This document shows, piece after piece, positions 30,091 to 41,350 of a DNA stretch of 64,000 bases; positions within the stretch are counted from its first letter, which is position 1, and each line of letters starts with the position of its first letter. Under the pieces are notes generated by a model, which was given only the letters and a program-made list of their open reading frames with translations, did not search any database and was not told the DNA's origin. The DNA lies in IMG/VR virus record IMGVR_UViG_3300041407_000094, positions 17,123 to 81,122 of that record; one strand, 5' to 3'. The stretch comes from a virus. The translations under genes and the position numbers were made by a program.

Positions 30091-30678
30091 ATGAAACTTA
30101 AAGAAGCCATTCGGCTGGTGAATAAAGACAAGAGTAACACAACTGATGCCGACATTAACGACTTTGCCCGCGCAGTGAATGCTGACATCTATATTGGCTG
30201 GAGTGACAAATGGAATGAGCGTGTCAAAGGTTACTGGCTTGTTCGTTGGCTGTGCACAGACACTTGGGTAGGTCGTCGGGTGTATTTCTTTGATGGCGAG
30301 CCTGTTGCTACCAGCTATCAGAGTGCCCGTAAAAATGATGAATATATTGAATTTGTCAGTAATGAAGCTGCCGAGAAAATTCGTTCATTTATTTTTGAGC
30401 TTTATGGTCAAGAAGAAAAACCAGCATATGACATTGTCAATGTTGAAGAGGACATTGAAGATTTCTATCATTTCGACCTAACTGATTACTTTCTTGAGGA
30501 TGAAGGTTTTGTGGATGGTAAGCCTGTTAAGATCATTCAGCGTCGCTGGTTCGATGATACGGAAGACAAGCGCTGGGTTTGCTACCACGCTAAAGTGAAA
30601 TTTGAGGGTGGAGAAGAACGTGTTGTAAAGGCAGAAGAAATTCATTTTCCACTTCGTATTAGCAAAGATTTCTCTTGA
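30091..30678 (+). CDS. conserved phage hypothetical protein
   Basis: 195 aa, AAGGAG RBS, WLCTDTWVG motif; intact paralog of 28625-29202. Confidence 0.8.
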   Translation: MKLKEAIRLVNKDKSNTTDADINDFARAVNADIYIGWSDKWNERVKGYWLVRWLCTDTWVGRRVYFFDGEPVATSYQSARKNDEYIEFVSNEAAEKIRSFIFELYGQEEKPAYDIVNVEEDIEDFYHFDLTDYFLEDEGFVDGKPVKIIQRRWFDDTEDKRWVCYHAKVKFEGGEERVVKAEEIHFPLRISKDFS

Positions 30679-31469
30679 CCTCTCACAAACAATGTGACAA
30701 GATGCTGTGACTTGTAGAAATGTAAGCAAATAAATTTGAATAATTATTAATGTAACACTATGCAGCGAAAGCTATTCGAAGAATGGTGGCTGTGGGAGAG
30801 ATGGGATGAACGCAGCACAAAAGCACATGCTTGAGTATATGCAAGAGGTGGTCAATCAGGAGGATGTTTATTTCTTTGAAGCATGGAAACAGGTGGAGAA
30901 TTTTGTGATGGACGCTCTCTGTGATTCAACCGAACAACCAGCCTTGGAGAACCAATATGAAAATTAACAGATATACATTTGACAACGGTAAATATGAAGT
31001 CCATTCTGCTGACGATGGAAGCTCTTTGGTAGCTTATCGTCACGGTGAGTTCTGGCAGAATATGATCGGTGATAATCTTACAGCGGCTATGTTGCATAGG
31101 ATTGATGAGCTTGAAGCTAAGATCAAAGATGTGACTATTCAAGCCTATGAAGAAGGTTTAATGGATGGAGCTAATAAATGAGAGTATGTCAATCAATTCA
31201 AGAGCTTCTTGACGAAGAGATTAGTCAGATGTGGGAAGGCTTGGACTATGAAGGGCTGAATGTGGAAGCAACCAAAGAATGGTTTGCAGGGACAGATATT
31301 TTTATTCAGCTTCTAGAGAAGCTTAAAGAGGAGAATAAGCACCTGTCATGATTGATGAACGTATGCAGCAATTAAGTGAGATGGAAAATAAATTGAATGG
31401 GGAGCGAGACAAGCTCGCTTTCGTTCAGGCGCCATTGGGGCTTTAAAGGCAATTAGCTAGGAGAGAATT

Positions 31470-33329
31470 TTGAGTAATATCCGAGAGGTCATATCTCATT
31501 ATCTTGATATCTCTGGAGATAAGTGTTGCTGCCCTTTTCACAAGGAACGCACACCATCTCTGAATATCTTTGACGATACCAATTCATTTTATTGTTTTGG
31601 CTGTGGTCAGAGTGGGGATGAGATTGAGTTTGTGAAGGACTACAAAGGTTTGACATTTCCCAACGCTGTTAAGGAAGTGTGTTCAATTCTGAAATTAACC
31701 AAAGAGGAGCTTATGGAAAGTAAAGATAAAGAAAAGGTTGCTGAGAAAGTAGCTATTGAGAATGCTGAAGTTATGGATGTTGAAGAAGTTAAATCTCTCA
31801 TTCAATCCACAGGATATGTGAGTCATGGGTATCGCGGTATCCGAGATGACATTAACAAATTCTTTGGGCATTTGAGTAAACTGGATAGTCAAGGTAAAGT
31901 CCTTGCACGCTACTACCCAGAAACCAATAACAACGGTAAGTTGACAGGTTATAAATGCAGAAACACACCAAAGGACTTTAGTCACGGAAACCAAGGAATT
32001 ACTGGCAGTAAGAGTCAACTTAGTGGTCAGGTGAAATTCAAATCCCCCGCTAAATATGTTCTCTATGTTGGTGGCGAGGAGGATAAAGCAGCAGCTTTTC
32101 AGATGCTCAAGGATAATCGTAAGGATCAGGAGTTCGATTCTATTCCTGTAGTAAGCTCAACGGTTGGTGAGTTGACAGCAGCCAAACAAGCTGCCCAACA
32201 ATATGACTGGTTTGACATGTACGATATCATCGTAATTGGCATGGATAACGATGAAGCTGGTCGTGCTGCTGCAAAGAAGATTGCAGACGTTCTACCAAAA
32301 GAGAAAGTACGAATTGCTACATGGTCCGGCAAAGATCCAAATCAGATGTTGATTGATGGTAAAGAGAAACAATTTGTTCGTGATTTCTACAATGCAAAAG
32401 AATTCATTAGTAGTGGTATTTCCTCTTCTGGTGACGCTGAAGCTGGTTTGGCTGAGTTCCTGACAGCTCCAAAGATTGGTCTACCACCTCAACTGAGCAA
32501 GCTTGAGGCTGCAATGCGTGGTGGTATCAAATCTACTGGCTCCGTTGTGAACATTATTGGTGACACAAGTATTGGTAAGAGCTTTCTGTCTGACACTCTG
32601 ATCTATCATTGGTTGTTCAACAGTCCTCGTGTACCAACAATTGTCAGTCTTGAGCGAACTAAGGAAGAGTTGACAATTGATTTGCTGTCAATGCATCTTA
32701 AGAAAAACCTGATGTGGTTCACAGATGGTCACGATGCTGTGGATTATCTGAATCAACCTGAAGTACAAGTATTGAAGAATAATCTTCTTTACAACGAAGC
32801 TGGTGAGCCTCGATTCTTTATTATTGATGAGCGGGAAGGGGAGATTGAACTTCTCAAGCGTCAGATGGAGAAAAGTGGTAAAGTCAATGATTCACGACTG
32901 ATGGTGATTGACCCACTCACTGACTTCTTGCGATCATTAGGGACAGAGGTTCAAGAAAACTTTATGATGTGGCAGAAGTTGCAAAAGAAGAATGGTTTTG
33001 TATTCATCAACATTCTTCACACCCGCAAGCCACCAACTGATAAAGATGGCAATGTTCGCAAGGTTACGGAATATGACGCACTTGGTTCTGGGACATTTAT
33101 CCAGTCAGCAGACGTGAATATTGTGATCAATCGTGATAAGATGGCTTCAGATCCGATTGAGAAGAATACGACCTATGTTGACATGCCTAAGTGTCGTGGG
33201 GGTATCACTGGTGAGATTTGTGCGCTATACTATGACGCTGAAACTCGTCAGCAGTATGATCGTGATGAGTATTTTGACCGTAAAGTAGAAGATCCACCGC
33301 AACATCATGCGGATGAGATTGATTTTTAA
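31470..33329 (+). CDS. DNA primase-helicase
   Basis: CHC2 zinc finger (CPFH.ERTPS...CFGC), TOPRIM (GGEED, MDNDEAG, KDPN), DnaB-like helicase (GDTSIGKS, VIDP, LHTRK, GSG...QSAD, KCRGG.TG). Confidence 0.93.
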   Translation: MSNIREVISHYLDISGDKCCCPFHKERTPSLNIFDDTNSFYCFGCGQSGDEIEFVKDYKGLTFPNAVKEVCSILKLTKEELMESKDKEKVAEKVAIENAEVMDVEEVKSLIQSTGYVSHGYRGIRDDINKFFGHLSKLDSQGKVLARYYPETNNNGKLTGYKCRNTPKDFSHGNQGITGSKSQLSGQVKFKSPAKYVLYVGGEEDKAAAFQMLKDNRKDQEFDSIPVVSSTVGELTAAKQAAQQYDWFDMYDIIVIGMDNDEAGRAAAKKIADVLPKEKVRIATWSGKDPNQMLIDGKEKQFVRDFYNAKEFISSGISSSGDAEAGLAEFLTAPKIGLPPQLSKLEAAMRGGIKSTGSVVNIIGDTSIGKSFLSDTLIYHWLFNSPRVPTIVSLERTKEELTIDLLSMHLKKNLMWFTDGHDAVDYLNQPEVQVLKNNLLYNEAGEPRFFIIDEREGEIELLKRQMEKSGKVNDSRLMVIDPLTDFLRSLGTEVQENFMMWQKLQKKNGFVFINILHTRKPPTDKDGNVRKVTEYDALGSGTFIQSADVNIVINRDKMASDPIEKNTTYVDMPKCRGGITGEICALYYDAETRQQYDRDEYFDRKVEDPPQHHADEIDF

Positions 33330-33339
33330 GGAGAAGGTT

Positions 33340-35562
33340 TTGGATAAGAAGTGGTATGAATCAGACTTTATTTACGATTTGGAGTCGTACCCGAATGTTT
33401 TCTCTATGAGCATCATCCATGCTTCTGGTAAACACATGCGAGTTTTTGAGATTAGTGATCGTAAGAATGAAATTGAAGGGATTGCTAAATGCTTGCGATA
33501 TCTGGTTCAGAATAAATGTCGTATGGTGGGATTTAACAATAACTCATACGACTACACTCTTATCCATGAAATCATTAAATCTCTGAAGGAAGCAAAGCAA
33601 ACTGGTAAAGCTCCAAATATTACAGCTCAGAAGCTTTACAAACTCACAACTCAAATCATTACAAAAATGCAGTCTGAAGATAAGTGGTACGGCATTAAAG
33701 AAGCTGACCACTTTATTCAACAGGTTGATTTGTATAAAATTCACCATATGGATAACATGGCGAAAGCTACATCTTTGAAGATGTTGGAAGTGAACATGCG
33801 ATCTACCAACGTGGAGGATTTACCCTTTCCTGTTGGTAAGAAGCTGACAAGTGATGAAATTGATATCTTATTGCATTATAACAAACACGATGTTAATGAA
33901 ACTCTGAAGTTCTATTACTACTCTTATGAGGCGATTGAGCTTCGTAAGGAGTTGTCTGAGAAGTTTGGATTTGACTGCACAAGTTTTAGTGATAGTAAGA
34001 TTGGTGAAACCTTGTTTATCAACCGTCTAGAACAAGCTCAGAAGGGTTTGTGCTATGAGTACAGTAAACATGGTGGCCGTAAGATCAATCAGACCAAGCG
34101 TGACAATGTAAAGATTAAAGATTGTCTTTTTGACTATCTGAAATTTGATCGTCCTGAGTTTAGGGCTGTACATGATTGGTTGAGTAATCAGACAGTGCAA
34201 GAAACTAAGGGTGTCTTCAATGATTATGAAGAACATCAGATCGGTGATCTTGCTAAGTATGCTCAGATGAAAACCAAAAAGGTGTTGTTCAAGAATAGGT
34301 TGAATCTCGATAATAAAGATAAACCTAAAGCTGACTTTGATTTTACTGATCTAGATCACTTGGAAGAACTTCAACGTCTGAAAGATGAATTCTTGAAAGA
34401 ACATCCTATGGGATATTTTGAAGAGAAGGAAACTAAAACGTCACGCTCTCATAAGCTTAAGGTAACTGCTTTCTATCGAGTGGTTGAGGCAATTAACACT
34501 GTAATTGATGATAAGGTGTACGTGTACGGTACTGGCGGTATTCACATGTCTATTGAAAGTGAGACTGTGAGAGCAGATGACGAATGGACAATTATAGACG
34601 CCGACGTCACCAGTATGTACCCGTCGATTTCCATTGCCAACAACGTGTATCCTGAACATCTCGGTATTACATTCTGTAAAGTGTACAAGGATCTATTTAT
34701 GGAGCGTGGTAGATATCCAAAAGGTAGTGGTCCAAATGGTGCAATTAAGCTAGCATTGAACTCTGTGTACGGTAAGTCCAACAGTGAGTTTAGTCCGCTT
34801 TATGACCCTAAATATACCTTAACTATCACCATTAACGGTCAACTGTGCCTGTCTATGCTGGCTGAAAAACTGATTGATCTTGGTTGTAAGATGATTCAAT
34901 GTAATACTGACGGTGTGACAGCTTTGGTTCCACGCAGTAAGGAAGCTGATTATTATGCAATCACAAAAGAATGGGAAAAAACTGTTGGACTTCGGTTGGA
35001 GTATGCTGTATATTCAATGATGGCTTTGGGAAACGTTAACAACTACATCGCCGTTTATGAAGATGGGAAGGTGAAGAGTAAAGGTCAGTATGAAGTTGCT
35101 CACTTTGAAAAGCTTGGATGGTCTAAAAACCATTCTGCGATGATCGTGCCAAAGGCTGCACTTGACTACATTGTTTATGGTAAAGATATTGAAGAGACTA
35201 TTCGTTCTCACAAGGATGAATTTGATTTTCTTTTGAGGGCGAAAGTACCACGTAGCTCAAAGCTTTATCTTTGTTATGAGGACGGTCGTGAGGTTCAGCA
35301 ACAGAACATCTGCCGCTACTATCCATCTGAACAAGGTGGTAAATTGGTCAAGCTGATGCCAGCCTTGATTGATGGTGGTGAATGGCGTAGACTTGGATTG
35401 GACACTGAATGGACGGTTGAGACGTGCAACAACATTGCAGAGTTTGACTGGAATAAACTTAACTATGATTATTACATCAAGGAGGCTCAAAAGCTGATTG
35501 ATGGTGTGGGGATGAAAGAAATTGAAAATAATGCTTTACAGGGCCATGAAAACGTGGAATAA
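33340..35562 (+). CDS. family B DNA polymerase with 3'-5' exonuclease
   Basis: Exo motifs YDLE, GFNN..YD, YNKHDV; pol motifs DADVTSMYPS, KLALNSVYGK, NTDG; likely TTG start at 33340 after AAGGAG. Confidence 0.93.
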   Translation: MDKKWYESDFIYDLESYPNVFSMSIIHASGKHMRVFEISDRKNEIEGIAKCLRYLVQNKCRMVGFNNNSYDYTLIHEIIKSLKEAKQTGKAPNITAQKLYKLTTQIITKMQSEDKWYGIKEADHFIQQVDLYKIHHMDNMAKATSLKMLEVNMRSTNVEDLPFPVGKKLTSDEIDILLHYNKHDVNETLKFYYYSYEAIELRKELSEKFGFDCTSFSDSKIGETLFINRLEQAQKGLCYEYSKHGGRKINQTKRDNVKIKDCLFDYLKFDRPEFRAVHDWLSNQTVQETKGVFNDYEEHQIGDLAKYAQMKTKKVLFKNRLNLDNKDKPKADFDFTDLDHLEELQRLKDEFLKEHPMGYFEEKETKTSRSHKLKVTAFYRVVEAINTVIDDKVYVYGTGGIHMSIESETVRADDEWTIIDADVTSMYPSISIANNVYPEHLGITFCKVYKDLFMERGRYPKGSGPNGAIKLALNSVYGKSNSEFSPLYDPKYTLTITINGQLCLSMLAEKLIDLGCKMIQCNTDGVTALVPRSKEADYYAITKEWEKTVGLRLEYAVYSMMALGNVNNYIAVYEDGKVKSKGQYEVAHFEKLGWSKNHSAMIVPKAALDYIVYGKDIEETIRSHKDEFDFLLRAKVPRSSKLYLCYEDGREVQQQNICRYYPSEQGGKLVKLMPALIDGGEWRRLGLDTEWTVETCNNIAEFDWNKLNYDYYIKEAQKLIDGVGMKEIENNALQGHENVE

Positions 35563-35580
35563 TAGATCTATTGAAAATAA

Positions 35581-36336
35581 TTGTGGACTCATATGAAGAA
35601 AGTAATCAAACCGTTAGACGAGGGTTCAATATACGAGACGATATACGGAGAGGGTTTCAAGGTTGTTTGGTATATAGGCAGGGATAAGATACTGATTGAA
35701 TTCCTAGACGAAACAGCACACCTGCACTGGACATCAAAGTGCCAGATACTTAGAGGAGACTTTAGGAATCCTTATAGAAAAACAGTCTATGGTAGAGGAT
35801 TCCTAGGTTTTGGTAAGTACAAAACTAAAGAGGGTAGGAAAGATACCTTAGAATATAAAACTTGGGCCGGTATATTTCGCAGATGTTATGAGCAGGACGA
35901 TTGTGGTAATAATCTAGAGCCAACTTATCAAGGGTGTGAAGTTGATGAAAGATGGTATAATTTCCAAAACTTTGCATCTTGGTTCTGTAGTAGAAAACAA
36001 TATGGAATGGGGTGGCACTTGGATAAGGATATTACTGTTTCGGGTAACAAGGTATATGGTCCAGATACTTGTACAATGTTACCTGTACAACTTAATGCCT
36101 TGATTGTTGGGGAAAGATTAAAGTCTAGAGAGTTACCTGTAGGAGTATACAAGGATCGTTATGGATATAAGGCGGGAACTGGTAAAGTATATGCCGGATT
36201 TTATAGAAATGTAGAAGAAGCACACCAAGCGTATAAAGTTAGAAAAGGAGAGTACATAAGGGAGGTTGCTGAAGGTTTTAAAGAATTTCTTGATGCAGAA
36301 ACGTTTGACAAACTAATGAACTTTGAAGTTAAATAA
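35581..36336 (+). CDS. HNH-family homing endonuclease
   Basis: NPY..TVYGRGFLG, WYNFQNFA.W, LDKDI...GNKVYGPDTC..LP..LN; free-standing after the polymerase gene. Confidence 0.85.
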   Translation: MWTHMKKVIKPLDEGSIYETIYGEGFKVVWYIGRDKILIEFLDETAHLHWTSKCQILRGDFRNPYRKTVYGRGFLGFGKYKTKEGRKDTLEYKTWAGIFRRCYEQDDCGNNLEPTYQGCEVDERWYNFQNFASWFCSRKQYGMGWHLDKDITVSGNKVYGPDTCTMLPVQLNALIVGERLKSRELPVGVYKDRYGYKAGTGKVYAGFYRNVEEAHQAYKVRKGEYIREVAEGFKEFLDAETFDKLMNFEVK

Positions 36337-36773
36337 CTGGAGAAATAAAATGCAAACCAAATTTGAATACCTGATCACAGATTACAAGAATCTTTTTGCA
36401 GTATGTAGCACAAGGGAAGAATCGAGAAAAGAATTGCGCGAGATTAAAGCATTGGGTTACAAAGATGCTAAGATTGTTCGCGAAGAGTTTGTAAAGATTT
36501 CGGAAAAGGTTGTTCGGTAATGGGCAGCGTAACATTAAAAGATTCTGTAGAAAAAGTTGGTGATGCATCAATTTCCACTGTAGAATATGTCTTCTCAGAT
36601 ATTCAGGACTTTCTGCTTTGGGAGTCAAGTAAACGAGATGCTATGAATCAGGCTGTAAAGAGCTTTGTTGATAGTCAGTTGTTTGGTGGATATGAAGAGC
36701 CTGTCGAAGAAACGGCTGTAGTGGATATTAATGTTAAAAAGAAAGAAACTAAACACTAATTAAGGAGAAGTAA

Positions 36774-36992
36774 ATGAAAGTTGCATTTTTCGGTATCGTT
36801 GTTGTAATTGCTGCAATCTTGATGGCTCTAGCAGTTGTCTCGGGTATTGGTTATGGTCTATACTTGTTGGGTGTTGTTGGCCTGACATTTGGTCCAGCGG
36901 CTTGGGCAGGATTTGTACTGTGGGCTAAGATGTTTGGCGGCGGGTTTGTGTTGTACATCGCCGGCATTCTTGGTGTTACACTTAGTAAGTAA
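36774..36992 (+). CDS. small membrane protein
   Basis: Almost entirely hydrophobic, 2-3 TM segments; AAGGAG RBS. Confidence 0.7.
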   Translation: MKVAFFGIVVVIAAILMALAVVSGIGYGLYLLGVVGLTFGPAAWAGFVLWAKMFGGGFVLYIAGILGVTLSK

Positions 36993-37088
36993 AAAGAATT
37001 TACGGAAACGTAGATATCGATTCGTAAGAATCAATCCCTCACAATATTGTGAACTAAATAAATACACACCAAATAGAGAAAATTAAAT

Positions 37089-37814
37089 ATGACTGCTTCT
37101 GTAATTGTAAAGCAACTTCCTAAGTCTGGCACTTTGGAAACTTTTAATGTATACGTGCTGAATGCTCCAGTGTTCTATGCAGCGGTACACACTCCCAAGA
37201 GCAAATATCAGAGTACCGATAAAGAGTTCAGTCTGACAGCGTTTGTGGACGAGGCAACTAAAGACAAACTGCTGGACGAAGTGATGTTGAACAAAGGTTT
37301 TGCACTTGTAGGTAAGGACAAGACAACTAAGCCGCCACGTCGGATTAAATATCCTTTGTCCAAGGACGTTGAGGAAGGTAAGACCAACTATGATGTAGTG
37401 GAAGGTATGTACGGCTTTGGTCTTGCAAAGCCTGAGTTCAGCAAGAAAGGCAACCCGATGACTGTCAATGTTATTGACAAAGAAGGTCAAGCGTTTACTC
37501 AGGACATTGGGAATGGCTCAGTTTGTACTTTGAAATTGTTCGGCTATCGTAATCCTGAAGGTCAACTCACTGTTACATTGGACACTGTACAAGTAGTAGA
37601 ACACATTCCTTATGAGGGTCGTACTTCCTCGGATGAAGTTGTTGATGATGTGATGGGTAGCTACAAGGTGAAGAAAGCTGAGGCTAAACCTGCTGAAGAG
37701 GAAACTCCTGCACCGAAAGCCAAGGCTGCTCCACAACCAGTACCGGACTTTGCAGCGCTCGACGATGACATTCCATTCATGCGTATCAGTGATCGTCTGT
37801 TGATGATTATCTAA
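37089..37814 (+). CDS. single-stranded DNA-binding protein (T7 gp2.5-like)
   Basis: IGNGS...L motif, flexible A/P/E linker, DDDIPF near the C-terminus; position in the replication module. Confidence 0.8.
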   Translation: MTASVIVKQLPKSGTLETFNVYVLNAPVFYAAVHTPKSKYQSTDKEFSLTAFVDEATKDKLLDEVMLNKGFALVGKDKTTKPPRRIKYPLSKDVEEGKTNYDVVEGMYGFGLAKPEFSKKGNPMTVNVIDKEGQAFTQDIGNGSVCTLKLFGYRNPEGQLTVTLDTVQVVEHIPYEGRTSSDEVVDDVMGSYKVKKAEAKPAEEETPAPKAKAAPQPVPDFAALDDDIPFMRISDRLLMII

Positions 37815-37875
37815 AGGAATTTAAGAGCAAGGATGCTCAACCATTTAAACAAATTAATTGCTAGGAGATTTAAAT

Positions 37876-38124
37876 ATGAAAGAACGTCAATCGCTGTACA
37901 GCCGTGCATATCAACTGGCTCAAGAAGCTATCACCAATAAAGAAGACATGAAAGAACTGGCGGGGGAATTTACTTACGACAAAGAATACAACACCGATGG
38001 TTTTGATAAAGTTGAAGTGAAGAATATTGTTAAAGCAGCCCAAGCAAAAGCGAAGCAAGATAATCTTGCAGAGAAGGTTGAAGAGCTGAATAAGCTGCAA
38101 CAGATTCAAGAAGCTTATAGCTGA
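37876..38124 (+). CDS. small helical DNA-binding protein, GapR/DsbA-like
   Basis: EDMKEL...GFDK..VK.IV pattern; adjacent to SSB. Confidence 0.4.
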   Translation: MKERQSLYSRAYQLAQEAITNKEDMKELAGEFTYDKEYNTDGFDKVEVKNIVKAAQAKAKQDNLAEKVEELNKLQQIQEAYS

Positions 38125-38472
38125 GTAGTTAATTCAAATAGCCGGTGAAATATCCGGCTTTCTTGTAAGAGGAGAATTAAATGAATAATCTTTATAGTTT
38201 CTATGTTGATTGCGGTCGTCAAGGTAGTTTGGATGGTTTGTTCATCGCTACACAAGAACAAGTAGATAAAGCTATTGGTTGCGAGATGTACTTTGGCGAA
38301 GTTCTTGGTAAACACTCTGATGTACAAGGCACTCTTGAAGCTCATGAGATTAAGTTGGTTTCAAGTGACCAAGACAAAGTTGAGTGGCTTCTTGAACTTC
38401 TTGGTGAAAATGTAAGCGGTTTTAATCCTCTTGACTACATTCAAGAATCTGATGAAGAAGAGGAATATGAGG

Positions 38473-39555
38473 ATGACGAGTAAACAATACACCGCTATAG
38501 TAGACATCGACACTCTCATAATCCACGCTGCCCTTGCTGGACAAGAAACATCTGTAATTGTCACACACAAAGAAACTAATTGGAGTAAGACTTTCAAGAA
38601 TCAAACTGAATTCTTTGGTCACTTCAAAAAGAAAGAAGGGGGATGGCTTGCAGAAGTAAATGCAAAGAAAATTGAGAAAGGTCTTGAGCCTGTATCAGCG
38701 GATGCATTTGAAATTACTCCCGTTGTTGTAAAGATTGCTGATCAGTACACAGATGAAGGCGATGTAATTACTGCTGAGACTGTTGTGAAAGGTCGATTCA
38801 AGAATAAGATCGAAGCTATTACTTCTCAAGCTTGGTGCAAAGACTTTAAGATTTGCTTTGGTACTGGTAAGAACTTCCGATACGATATTGCACAGACTCA
38901 ACCTTATAAAAATGAACGTCCTGTAAAACCTTTGTTGTATGAAACTGTCAAAGAGTATATGCTTTGGAAATACAAAGACAAAATGCTTATTGTTGACGGC
39001 GTTGAGACGGATGAGATTGTAACCCAAGAAGTTTGGAAAGCTTGGATCAAAGCAAAACGTAAACATGAGAACTTAGATGCTGTGGCTTGTTACATTGACA
39101 AGGACATTTCGCAGTTCCCATGTCTTTGGTATAACTTCGATAAGCCTGAACTTGGTTTAGTGAAAATTGATGCACTTGAGGCCGTAAAGAACTTGGCTGT
39201 TCAGCATCTCAAGGGTGACACAATCGATTCGATTCCCGGTCTCCCGGCATTACCAGAAGATATGTATAAGCAGTATTCTCTGCGTAAAACTAAGGGTATT
39301 GGGGAGACTACGGCAAGAGGGCTGCTAGCGGACGCTAGCTCTCCTAAAGAGGTTTTTGAGCGGGTAGCCGCCGCATACAAAGGGTATTACGGAGAGGAAA
39401 AACAACCATTCACTTCGTTCCGTGGTGATGAGTCTGAAAGGGATTGGTTGGATCATCTGAATGAGCAATTTAGACTTCTTAGGATGCGAACTGATGTGAC
39501 TAAAGACGTTGGGCATGTTAGAGACTTTCTAAAGGCAATGGAGATTGAAGTGTGA
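38473..39555 (+). CDS. 5'-3' exonuclease / RNase H (T7 gp6-like)
   Basis: IVDID, NFRY.IA..QPYK..R, ETDE, IDKD, GD..DSIPG, GIGE.TA motifs. Confidence 0.88.
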   Translation: MTSKQYTAIVDIDTLIIHAALAGQETSVIVTHKETNWSKTFKNQTEFFGHFKKKEGGWLAEVNAKKIEKGLEPVSADAFEITPVVVKIADQYTDEGDVITAETVVKGRFKNKIEAITSQAWCKDFKICFGTGKNFRYDIAQTQPYKNERPVKPLLYETVKEYMLWKYKDKMLIVDGVETDEIVTQEVWKAWIKAKRKHENLDAVACYIDKDISQFPCLWYNFDKPELGLVKIDALEAVKNLAVQHLKGDTIDSIPGLPALPEDMYKQYSLRKTKGIGETTARGLLADASSPKEVFERVAAAYKGYYGEEKQPFTSFRGDESERDWLDHLNEQFRLLRMRTDVTKDVGHVRDFLKAMEIEV

Positions 39556-40091
39556 AAGAACCTTGGAAACAATCTCCAGATGTGTGGCCTACAAAGTCAA
39601 GCTTTTTCACATGGCTTAGGGGAGCACTCAGAAAGTCTATCTGGCAGTTTTACCCACCAAAGATGCAGTTTAAGAATGAAGGATGCTCTAAACCACCAGA
39701 AGACTACAAAGGGCGTGCAAAGTCTGGAGCCTACTGTGAGCTGACAGGAGAGTGGACAGGGAAGTCATTGCTGGAAGTGGACCATAAGATTGGTAACGTA
39801 AAGTTCACCGAGTGGGAAGATGTACTTCCATTCATTCTTCACTTATGTTGTGATAAAGATGAAATGGCCTTGGTGAATAAGGAAGCGCATAAGGTGAAAT
39901 CTTACGCTGAGAGGATGGGGATCAGTTTCGAGGACGCACTCATCCAGAAAGAGATTATTTCTATCTGTAAGGCAAAGAAAGATATTGCATGGCTGAAAGA
40001 ACGTGGTATAGTGCCAGCAAGCAACGCCAAGAAAAGGCGTCAACAAATTGAGGAGGAAATGAAGAATGCTGATATTTCACTTCAAACCTGA
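39552..40091 (+). CDS. HNH-type endonuclease (conserved replication-module nuclease)
   Basis: WLRGALR..W, EVDH, H..KS motifs; follows the exonuclease. Confidence 0.65.
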   Translation: MKEPWKQSPDVWPTKSSFFTWLRGALRKSIWQFYPPKMQFKNEGCSKPPEDYKGRAKSGAYCELTGEWTGKSLLEVDHKIGNVKFTEWEDVLPFILHLCCDKDEMALVNKEAHKVKSYAERMGISFEDALIQKEIISICKAKKDIAWLKERGIVPASNAKKRRQQIEEEMKNADISLQT

Positions 40092-41350
40092 AAACATGCT
40101 TGAACTCAACAAAGAAGATAACCGAAAGAAATTAATGGATACTCTCAGGAAGTTTCAAGAAGCTGATGAGGAGCTTGAGAGGATCTGTAGAGAACTTGGC
40201 ATTGATAAACCTGAAATGGTTTGTAGGAGTATGGAAATTGACTGAACCAAAACCAAATAAAACCTACATTATCCAACACAAAGAAACAAAAGAGTTGTTC
40301 ATTGCACGGTCTGGCAAGTCCTCTTGGAAACAGCCTGGACATGCCAAGAATGCTTGGAATCAAAGCTTCTATTCATCCAAACAAGTAGAGGCTCTTGGGA
40401 TGAATATGATAGCTGATGCCAGTCGTTATAATCCTGAACGTACTCGTGTTCCGCTATTCTCAGAGCAAGATAACTTTGAAGTGGTAGAACTTAAACACGA
40501 AGCTCATAGTAAACTTGACGAGGCTGTTAATCTTCTTCGATCTGTCCTAGGTCGTTGTGATTATCAAGTACATAATGAAATCGTTAAATTTTTGGAGAGT
40601 GTAGAATGACTGACAAAACTAAGATGTCCAACCTTGAATCCTATCAGGAATTAACTATTCAAATTTCTACGCTAAATCTAAAGCTTGATAAAATTCTAAG
40701 TTTGTTGAATAAGCCACAAGAAGAATATGTAATCAACCAACTAGTAACCCACACACACTTGGACGCTCGTGACCCTGAGATTACAAGGGTGGTTAACAAA
40801 GCTATTGCTCAGCTTTCTGACAACGAAAACTTTGAGGATTCTTTTAAATGATTAAAGATTATTGGACAGCAATCTTCTGGTGTGAATTTGTCCAGTTTAG
40901 TGTTTATTTCAATGTGTGGTGCTCACAATTGGGGATATGATCCGGAGGATCTAGATATGTCAGTTATAGAGATGTTTCCAAAGAAACCAGACACAGATAA
41001 ATCAGTTGATCACACTATCTCTAAGTTAGACTTCTGGCGCTGGCGGAATGAGATTATATCGAGGGATTTTCATACTTTCTCGATCTACCAAAAACAAGAG
41101 ACGCTTGATACAATATTGAATATCAACAACCAGCTATATCAACTTATTTTAGAATTGAAGGGAGAGATTTAATGAACATTACGTTCTTCACATTGGAGGA
41201 TGCTTTAGACTGTGTATGTGATATTGACGGGAAAGTGTTCAGTTATCTAGATGGTGAGCCAGAGAATGCAATCTACAACCTTTTGAGATTTTGTGGGCAC
41301 ACTGTTAATCGGGTTGAACTTACAGAAGAAGAATATGAGGAGAAGTTTCA

